DNA from: Candidatus Oleincola secundus
Lineage (GTDB): Bacteria > Atribacterota > Phoenicimicrobiia > Phoenicimicrobiales > Stramentimicrobiaceae
Assembly (NCBI GenBank): GCA_018400815.1
Contig: JAGYLS010000048.1
Coordinates: 1 to 13,190 of the forward strand
Reading direction: 5' to 3'
DNA length: 13,190 nucleotides
Shown here: one piece after another, positions 6,726 through 13,190 of the stretch
How the letters are laid out: the number at the start of each line of letters is the position of its first letter
Numbering within the stretch: position 1 is the first letter of the stretch
Position numbers and translations under genes: made by a program
Notes under the pieces: generated by a model
The model's database searches: none
Seen by the model: only the letters and a program-made list of their open reading frames with translations
What the model was told of the DNA's origin: nothing

Positions 6726-6835
6726 CGATAATCAACTAAAAGTGTTGAATTGAGTAAATAATCAATATTTATTCAAGTATAAACATATAGAATGTTTTTA
6801 TCAGCTAGCCAGCTAATACGAGGTTTTAGAAATTT

Positions 6836-8116
6836 ATGACACAGATAATAGAAAAAAATGAATTTGATATAGCAGTTATAGGAGGAGGTCCATCTGGTAT
6901 GATGGCAGCAGGCCGGGCTGCTCAGTTGGGAGCCAAGGTTATTCTGCTTGAAAAGAACGATTGTTTGGGAAAAAAATTGTTAATTACCGGTAAAGGCCGC
7001 TGTAATTTTAGCCACTACGAATTTGATAGAACTAAAATAGCCGAGAATTTTGGGAAAAAAGGGCGTTTTCTATATGGAGCCTTGGAGCGATTTGGTGTTT
7101 CCGAAGTGCTGGATTTTTTTCAATCCCGAGGGTTAGAATGGAAAGTAGAACGTGGTAACAGAATTTTTCCTGCCCAGGGAGATGCCAATACTGTATTGAA
7201 GGTGTTAACGGAATATCTAAACAAAGGAAAAGTGAAAATATGTTATGATGCAAAAATTAGCGATATAATGGCACCTGATGACTGTTCGGAAAAATTTAAG
7301 ATAATCCTTAATGAACAGAAAATTGTTGTTGAAACAATTATTCTATGTACAGGAGGCAAGTCCTACCCACAAACCGGTTCAACAGGGGATGGTTATAGCT
7401 GGGCAAAAAAGTTTGGGCATACAATTATTCAACCTTCACCTGCCCTGAATCCGATTAGGACTTCCGAGGCCTGGGCAAAAGAATTGCAAGGCCTTACTTT
7501 AAAGAATGTTTCTCTTCAACTATTTCAGAAAGGGAAAAAACGAGATGAACGTTTTGGGGAGATGCTTTTTACCCATTTTGGAATTAGCGGACCTATTGTA
7601 ATGGATATGAGTAAACATATTGGTCAACGATTGAAAAAAGGAAATGTGAAGCTATGGTTAGATTTGAAACCTGCCCTGGATTTTAAAAAATTGGATGAGA
7701 GGGTTCAGAGGGATTTTCAGGAATTTAGAGGCAGGATGTTTAAGAATTCTTTAAAAAAATTGCTCCCTGCTTCCATGATAGAAGTTATGGTTAAACTTTC
7801 CGGAATAGACGGAGAGAAAAAGGTAGACCACATCTCCAAAGAGGAGAGAAAACGATTGATACATCTTTTTAAGGAACTTGAAATTACACCCAAACAATTA
7901 CTGGGATATAAATGGTCTATGGTTACCTGCGGGGGAATAGATTTAAGGGAGATTAACCCGGATACTATGGGTTCCAAAAAAATGGGTAATCTATATTTTG
8001 CAGGAGAAATCTTGGATTTAGATGGTCCCTCAGGTGGATATAATTTACAGGAGTGCTGGAGTACCGGTTATCTTGCCGGGGAAAGTGCAGCAAAAAGGAA
8101 ACAGATATGTCAATAA
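6836..8116 (+). CDS. HI0933/YhiN/BaiN-family NAD(P)/FAD-dependent oxidoreductase
   Basis: VIGGGPSGMMAA, GKKLLITGKGRCN, TGGKSYPQTGSTGDGY, GEMLFTHFGISGP, VTCGG and AGEILDLDGPSGGYNLQ match PF03486. Confidence 0.95.
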   Translation: MTQIIEKNEFDIAVIGGGPSGMMAAGRAAQLGAKVILLEKNDCLGKKLLITGKGRCNFSHYEFDRTKIAENFGKKGRFLYGALERFGVSEVLDFFQSRGLEWKVERGNRIFPAQGDANTVLKVLTEYLNKGKVKICYDAKISDIMAPDDCSEKFKIILNEQKIVVETIILCTGGKSYPQTGSTGDGYSWAKKFGHTIIQPSPALNPIRTSEAWAKELQGLTLKNVSLQLFQKGKKRDERFGEMLFTHFGISGPIVMDMSKHIGQRLKKGNVKLWLDLKPALDFKKLDERVQRDFQEFRGRMFKNSLKKLLPASMIEVMVKLSGIDGEKKVDHISKEERKRLIHLFKELEITPKQLLGYKWSMVTCGGIDLREINPDTMGSKKMGNLYFAGEILDLDGPSGGYNLQECWSTGYLAGESAAKRKQICQ

Positions 8117-9306
8117 GAAAATATATTGCTTGTCTAATAACAATGATTATAGGCATTTTGTTGATTTCCGGTCTGGCTTTTTGCCAGGAAGAAATTCAGC
8201 AGGAAATTTACCAGTTTCAAGGGTTTTCCGGGATTTTTGTACAAGACCTATCTTCCTGTGAAGTTTTACTTTCTTATAATCAGGACAAGCTTTTTACGCC
8301 TGCTTCTCTGGTAAAGATATTTACACTGGTGGCAGGTTTGGAGACACTTGGACAGGAATATCGTTATCCCACTGTTTTTTATTTTTCCAGTTCCAAGCCT
8401 GGTTATATTTCCGGTGATATGTTTATTAAAGGCTATGGGGATCCGACTCGATCTCCTGAGGATATAAGAAAAATTGCCCAGGATTTGATAAAAAAATATA
8501 ACCTTCAGCAAATATCCGGTGATATAATTTTAGATGATAGCGCTTTGTGTCCCGGAGAATTTTTAGGCAGAGGATGGATGTGGGATGACCAAAATCCGCT
8601 TATCGGTTCTTTTATTATTAAGGGAGAAAGTGCGAGAGAGACCAGAATTTCTTATTATAAAAAGATGAGTATAGTCTGGGGAGAAATTTTTTGTCAGGAA
8701 CTATACAGTCAGGGAGTAATATTTAACGGAGAACTGAGGATTGGTAAATTAGATGAAAATCTTTCCATTAAAGCTGTCTTTTACTCCGAACCATTAGATG
8801 AAATATTAGCTTATATGATGAGGATGAGTGACAATCAAAGTGCCGAGGCTGTTTTCCGGACCCTGGCAACGGCAGATGATATTGTAGAAATTTCTACAAT
8901 TAGTCATTCAATTACCTCAATGTCAAAAATTGTCTTTGATAAATTAAACCTTCAATGGGGGGATGATTATATTATCGTAGATGGCTGTGGACTTTCAGAA
9001 TATAATCTGATTACTCCTGCCCAGGTTGTAAGAGCAATTACTTATCTCTATGACCAATATGGTACAGAAATATTGCAATACTTTGCCAATACCAGCGAAA
9101 GAGGTACTGTTCGGCAAAGATTTCCCTTTCAGCTCTGGGGGAAGACCGGAAGTTTGCCATCTGCCTCCGGTTTAGCAGGCATTTTCAAGACCAAAAATAA
9201 TAGGGATGTGGTGTTTTGTTTAATGGAAAATAATTTTTCCGGCGAACAGAATGACCCTAAGAAATATGAAGATCGCATTATAGAATATATTTACGAGAAC
9301 TATTAG
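8107..9306 (+). CDS. dacB: D-alanyl-D-alanine carboxypeptidase/endopeptidase, peptidase S13 (PBP4-like)
   Basis: SxxK (PASLVK), GYGDP, GWMWDD, SxN (SDN), DGCGLS and KTG (GKTGSL). I moved the start from 8053 to ATG8107, which gives a clean signal peptide (MSIRKYIACLITMIIGILLISGLAFC) and has AAGGA upstream. Confidence 0.88.
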   Translation: MSIRKYIACLITMIIGILLISGLAFCQEEIQQEIYQFQGFSGIFVQDLSSCEVLLSYNQDKLFTPASLVKIFTLVAGLETLGQEYRYPTVFYFSSSKPGYISGDMFIKGYGDPTRSPEDIRKIAQDLIKKYNLQQISGDIILDDSALCPGEFLGRGWMWDDQNPLIGSFIIKGESARETRISYYKKMSIVWGEIFCQELYSQGVIFNGELRIGKLDENLSIKAVFYSEPLDEILAYMMRMSDNQSAEAVFRTLATADDIVEISTISHSITSMSKIVFDKLNLQWGDDYIIVDGCGLSEYNLITPAQVVRAITYLYDQYGTEILQYFANTSERGTVRQRFPFQLWGKTGSLPSASGLAGIFKTKNNRDVVFCLMENNFSGEQNDPKKYEDRIIEYIYENY

Positions 9307-9397
9307 CAGAAAATTCTGGAAACTCTTTAACTCTTTTGAAGTATCAGGCATTGATGGGCAAAATATTTTCCTACTATTTTATGTTTTTATGTTTTTT

Positions 9398-9428
9398 TGA
9401 TAATATAATATAAACTTTAGAATCTAAA
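9398..9428 (+). promoter_or_regulatory. candidate -10 element(s) with a downstream palindrome
   Basis: TG-A-TAATAT (9398-9406) overlaps TATAAT (9404-9409). The palindrome TTTAGA-A-TCTAAA lies at 9416-9428. The -35 is poor. Confidence 0.35.
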
Positions 9429-9475
9429 ATCCGGTTTGTTTTTAATTTACAGGATTTATAAGAAAGGAGTTTATT

Positions 9476-10090
9476 ATGGCAAAAGATGCTAATAAGTCTC
9501 ATGGACAAAATCTAAATCGCTATCTTTTTTATACTCTAATTCTCTTTCTCTATCTAGTCCCGATTATCATTATTTTTATTAATGGATTTGATAATTTTTT
9601 TCAATTGTTTCGTCGTATAACCGGATTAGCTGGCATTGCTTCCCTTTTTATTGCTATTCTTTTGAGTTTATTAGCCAGGCAAAGCCGGCAAATCTTTGGT
9701 GTAACATATATTAAGGTTCATCACTTTTTTTCTATTATAGGTATAATATTAATTAGTCTGCATCCCGTCATTATGGCAATAGATTTTGGTACTTCCAGGA
9801 TATTTATCCCTGATTTCAGTTCCTGGAATGCCTTTCTGGCCAATGCCGGCCGTCCTGCCTTATATCTGATTTACATTGCTACAATTGCCGCAATATTGAG
9901 AAGGAATATAGTAAAGTACTGGAAATACATACATAGCTTGCTATATGTTGCTTTTATTTTTGGAGCTATTCATGGTATCCTTTCAGGAAGTGACTTAAGT
10001 AATCCTGTTCTTTATGTATTATATATTGCCATGATCATTACGGTTATGATTATTTTTCTATACAAAAGGTTTCTAACTGCAAAAAAATAA
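9476..10090 (+). CDS. ferric-reductase-like transmembrane (cytochrome b, MsrQ/YedZ-like) protein
   Basis: About 6 TM segments. Two His pairs spaced 13-14 residues apart (KVHH...SLHP and YIHS...AIHG), and WKYIH typical of PF01794. SD AAAGGAG. Confidence 0.85.
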   Translation: MAKDANKSHGQNLNRYLFYTLILFLYLVPIIIIFINGFDNFFQLFRRITGLAGIASLFIAILLSLLARQSRQIFGVTYIKVHHFFSIIGIILISLHPVIMAIDFGTSRIFIPDFSSWNAFLANAGRPALYLIYIATIAAILRRNIVKYWKYIHSLLYVAFIFGAIHGILSGSDLSNPVLYVLYIAMIITVMIIFLYKRFLTAKK

Positions 10091-10161
10091 TCATACAGGT
10101 AAAGAGATTCGGACAGTAAAAATTTCAAAAATTCTTGTATTGACAGAAAAGAGGATAACCA

Positions 10162-10845
10162 ATGTTGCCTTTTAATCCAATTTACTTGTTTTTGATTATT
10201 CCCATATTCTTAGGATGGTTTGCCCAGTGGCGGGTTCGACAGAGTTATCAAAAATATCTTAAGATACCAAACAAAAAAGGAATAAAGGGAACGGAAGTTG
10301 CCAAAACTTTTCTATCACATCATAATTTAAACATCCCAATTTTAGAGACCAAGAGTCCAATGTTAAATTACTATAATCCACAAAGTAAAACATTGCATCT
10401 TTCCGAACAGATAGCCGAAAATGATTCTATTACCTCAATGGGTATTGTTGCTCACGAAGTAGAACATGCCGTTCAGGATAAGCAGGGTTGTAAATTTATG
10501 GTCCTGCGAAACAAGATGGCAAAATCTCTAGCATTGATGGGTCAATTCAGTCCCCTGGTTTTTATGTGGGGAATATTTTTCAGGAATGCCATTTTTATTT
10601 ACCTTGGTATAATTCTGTTATTTGGGATGACCATTTTTGCCTTAATATCTTTGCCGGTAGAGTTGAATGCCAGTAAAAGGGCTTTACAGACACTGAAAAA
10701 GTTAAACATTGCCGATCAGGAAGAAATTAGAATGATAGCCACTGTATTGCGCAATGCTGCATTAACTTATTTTGTAGGAGCAGGACAGAGAATAGGGACT
10801 TTCCTGTTTATTGTAATGGTTCTATTTATGGCCCATCAAATATAA
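10162..10845 (+). CDS. YugP-like membrane neutral zinc metallopeptidase (Zn_peptidase_2)
   Basis: AQWRV, AHEVEHAVQ (HExxH), LPVELNASKRA and AALTY fit the PF04298 pattern. SD AGAGGA. Confidence 0.88.
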   Translation: MLPFNPIYLFLIIPIFLGWFAQWRVRQSYQKYLKIPNKKGIKGTEVAKTFLSHHNLNIPILETKSPMLNYYNPQSKTLHLSEQIAENDSITSMGIVAHEVEHAVQDKQGCKFMVLRNKMAKSLALMGQFSPLVFMWGIFFRNAIFIYLGIILLFGMTIFALISLPVELNASKRALQTLKKLNIADQEEIRMIATVLRNAALTYFVGAGQRIGTFLFIVMVLFMAHQI

Positions 10846-10910
10846 AAAAGTAATTAGTTGTTTATTATAGATATAAATTAAAGATATTTTCTCAAAAGTC
10901 TTTAATAGTA

Positions 10911-10989
10911 AATTTAGATATAGTAAAATAAAATAGACAATATACTATCAGAAAAATTTCTGCAAAGATACAAAAAAGAGATATTGAAA
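10911..10989. promoter_or_regulatory. degenerate NrdR-box-like sites upstream of nrdJ
   Basis: AATTTAGATATAGTAA (10911-10926), AGACAATATACTATCA (10935-10950) and AAAAGAGATATTGAAA (10974-10989) each match about half of the consensus acaCwAtATaTwGtgt. A -10-like TATACT lies at 10941-10946. Confidence 0.35.
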
Positions 10990-11008
10990 CCAAGGGGAAA
11001 GGATACCA

Positions 11009-13190
11009 ATGATAAAAGTCATAAAACGTAATAATACTATCCAGTACTTTGACCAAAATAAGATTATTAATGCTATTACTCAGGCCATGCGAGAAACAAT
11101 CAAGGGAGTAGATCAAGACCTTGCTTGCTCCATCGCCAAAAAAATTGAGGAAGATTTAAAGAAATCTCAAGAGAGTGTCACTGTGGCTGATATACAGGAA
11201 CGGGTAGAAAACGAGCTGATGAACAGCGAGAGGAAGAATGTTGCGAAAACATATATTCTCTATCGGGAACAACGTGATAAATTAAGGGGAATTGCTGCCA
11301 AAAACCATAAACTGTTAACAGATGAATTTATCAGTAAATACAAGCATTTCCCTAATCCATTTCCTACTCAATTAGGTCAGTTTGTATATTATCGGACTTA
11401 TTCCAGATGGCTCCCTTTAGAAAAAAGGAGAGAATACTGGTGGGAAACAGTAAGAAGGGCTGTTGAATTCAATTGTAACCTGGTGATGACCAGTCAGAGT
11501 GAAGCAGAAAAACTCTACGATAATATTTTTCATCTCAGACAATTTTTGGCAGGAAGAACACTTTGGACCGGAGGGACTGAAGTTAGTTCCAAATACCCTA
11601 TGGCAAACTTTAATTGCAGTTTTACGGTACTGGATAAATTCAGCATTTTCAAGGAGTTGTTTTACCTATTAATGATTGGTTCCGGAGTAGGTGTGAGGGT
11701 TCTAAGGTCTGATGTGCAAAAATTACCTAAAATAAGAACAAATATTAAAATCATTCACGAAGCATATTCCCCCATTCGCAGGGAGAAAAGAGAAGATTTA
11801 ACCAGTATTACCTTTCAGAAAGAAACTGCACATATTATTGTAGGAGATAGTAAAGAAGGGTGGGTACAATCTCTGGACTACTATATGAGCATTATATCTA
11901 ATAAGGAATTCCGAGAGATTAAAACAGTTATCTTTAATTATAATAATGTCAGACCTAAAGGTGAAAAACTAAAAACATTTGGAGGTACCGCTTCCGGCTA
12001 TGAAAGTTTGAAAAAAATGTTCACCAAAATTGATAAAGTTGTAAAAAATGACTGTTTTGGTATTTTTAAAAAATTAAGACCTGTTGATTGCATGGATATT
12101 GCTAATATTATTGGACAGAATGTGGTAGTTGGTGGCGTTAGAAGAACCAGTGAGGTAATATTATTTGATAGGGATGATCAGGATATCTTAAATGCTAAAA
12201 ATAATCTGTATGAACAAATTGACGGTAAATGGATAAAGAATGAAGAGATTGATTTTAGAGAAATGAGCAATAATAGTATTTTTTATACCTCTAAACCTTC
12301 CAGAGAACAGCTTTCCTGGCATGTTAAGCAGATGAGATATAGTGGTGAACCAGGGTTTATGAATGCTGAAGCAGCCGCTAAAAGAAGACCTAACTTAGAA
12401 GGTGCTAACCCTTGTATGGAAGTTTTGTTAGACAGGGAACAGATGTGTAATTTAACTACAGTGAATGTTATGAGGTTTGTTAGAGATGGAAAATTAGCTG
12501 AAAAGGATTTATTTGAAGCACAACGTCTTTCTGTTCGGGCAGCTTTTAGAATGACTTTCCTGGATTTGGAGTTGGATCAATGGGACATTAAGCATAAAAG
12601 AGATAGATTAGTTGGTTGCGGTTTGTCCGGATGGCAAGATATGGTGAATGCTACTGCCATATCTTCAGAAGAACAATCTAAATTAAGAAAGAAATTAAGA
12701 GATATTGCACATAAGGAAGCTGAATCTTATGCTCAAAAATTGGGTGTTAATCCTCCTATTTTGGTTACCACAGTTAAACCGGATGGTAATATAGTTCAAT
12801 TACCAGCTGTTTCAAGTGGTGTTCATTATTCTCATGCACCATATTTTATCAGGAGGGTTCGGATTAATGCCTCCGATCCGCTGCTTAAAGTTTGCGAGGA
12901 ATTAGGCTATGATATAAAACCGGAAAACGGGCAAACTGAAGAAAACTGTCGGACAAAAGTCATTTCTTTCCCCTGTAGTGCCCCGGTGGGGAAGACAAAG
13001 CACGATGTTTCGGCTATAGAACAATTGGAAACTTATCGGGCTTTTCAAAAAGAATATACCGACCACAATACTTCTATTACCGTGCATGTGAAGAACGGTG
13101 AATGGGAAGAAGTTGAAGAATGGTTATGGAATAACTGGGATGACGTTGTTGCTGTCAGTTTTGTATCATTAGATGATAGTTTTTATGCTC
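11009..13190 (+). CDS. nrdJ: adenosylcobalamin-dependent (class II) ribonucleotide reductase, RTPR-like, with N-terminal ATP cone; 3' end outside window
   Basis: Missing from the ORF track because there is no stop in the window. ATG11009 with AAGGA upstream opens a frame running to the window end (727 codons). ATP cone: MIKVIKRNNTIQYFDQNKIINAI...IQERVENELM...VAKTYILYREQR. Then VYYRTYSR, GRTLW, NFNC (C203), GSGVG, VGDSKEGW, RPKGEKLKTFGGTASG, VVVGGVRR, GEPG, NPCME (C469), MCNL (C480), TTVKP and HNTSIT. Confidence 0.95.
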   Translation, partial: MIKVIKRNNTIQYFDQNKIINAITQAMRETIKGVDQDLACSIAKKIEEDLKKSQESVTVADIQERVENELMNSERKNVAKTYILYREQRDKLRGIAAKNHKLLTDEFISKYKHFPNPFPTQLGQFVYYRTYSRWLPLEKRREYWWETVRRAVEFNCNLVMTSQSEAEKLYDNIFHLRQFLAGRTLWTGGTEVSSKYPMANFNCSFTVLDKFSIFKELFYLLMIGSGVGVRVLRSDVQKLPKIRTNIKIIHEAYSPIRREKREDLTSITFQKETAHIIVGDSKEGWVQSLDYYMSIISNKEFREIKTVIFNYNNVRPKGEKLKTFGGTASGYESLKKMFTKIDKVVKNDCFGIFKKLRPVDCMDIANIIGQNVVVGGVRRTSEVILFDRDDQDILNAKNNLYEQIDGKWIKNEEIDFREMSNNSIFYTSKPSREQLSWHVKQMRYSGEPGFMNAEAAAKRRPNLEGANPCMEVLLDREQMCNLTTVNVMRFVRDGKLAEKDLFEAQRLSVRAAFRMTFLDLELDQWDIKHKRDRLVGCGLSGWQDMVNATAISSEEQSKLRKKLRDIAHKEAESYAQKLGVNPPILVTTVKPDGNIVQLPAVSSGVHYSHAPYFIRRVRINASDPLLKVCEELGYDIKPENGQTEENCRTKVISFPCSAPVGKTKHDVSAIEQLETYRAFQKEYTDHNTSITVHVKNGEWEEVEEWLWNNWDDVVAVSFVSLDDSFYA

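Noticed and set aside
8053..8106. Longer dacB start at 8053 given by the ORF track
   Set aside because: It would overlap the upstream gene by 64 nt and bury the signal peptide. ATG8107 has an SD and a typical signal sequence.
7032..8511. ORFs 7032-7253, 7717-7977, 7965-8156, 8266-8511 (-) and 8022-8261 (+)
   Set aside because: They overlap the well-supported HI0933 and dacB genes in other frames or on the other strand and have no independent support.
9340..9415. Possible fluoride riboswitch (…GATGG…CCTAC) or Fur box (TGATAAT…) upstream of the ferric-reductase-like gene
   Set aside because: The required pairing and conserved core of the fluoride aptamer are absent. Only one Fur half-site is present, in very AT-rich DNA.
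10140..10145. Perfect TTGACA before the Zn peptidase gene
   Set aside because: The matching -10 position falls inside the coding sequence and does not resemble TATAAT.
10892..13087. Minus-strand ORFs 10892-11116 and 12902-13087
   Set aside because: They are antisense to nrdJ and its promoter. The long plus-strand frame explains the region.
11009..13190. Intein, intron or frameshift in the RNR gene
   Set aside because: The frame is continuous from 11009 to the window end, motif spacing is normal around the catalytic cysteines, and I saw no splicing or homing-endonuclease motifs.
1..13190. CRISPR array, IS/transposase, integrase, prophage, tRNA/rRNA or a recognisable defence system
   Set aside because: I saw no regularly spaced repeats, terminal inverted repeats with a transposase, or RNA-gene signatures. 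All long ORFs are accounted for by other families.

Overview
AT-rich (roughly one-third GC by eye), gene-dense bacterial chromosomal window with mostly housekeeping genes. I saw no mobile element, CRISPR array, rRNA or tRNA. The gene content suggests an anaerobe, possibly Atribacterota- or Firmicutes-like (inference only). Gene order: 3' end of an Ldh_2-family oxidoreductase; a 32-codon ORF resembling the start of a second Ldh_2 gene; a cluster of DUF6391-like membrane protein, 103-aa unknown protein and PC4-family ssDNA-binding protein; on the minus strand, a polysaccharide deacetylase and a HAD hydrolase; an adenosine-specific-kinase-family protein; natAB-like ABC exporter; HI0933-family flavoprotein overlapping a dacB-like peptidase S13; a stand-alone ferric-reductase-like cytochrome b; a YugP-like Zn peptidase; and an ATP-cone-bearing class II ribonucleotide reductase (11009 to window end) that the ORF track missed. 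The best leads are a nested, switch-like RNA structure upstream of natAB, atypical substrate-site residues in the RNR, the uncharacterised DUF6391/unknown/PC4 cassette, and a strong excess of CCGG and CCWGG words. None is proven to be a new system from sequence alone. Family calls are from recalled motifs, not database searches.
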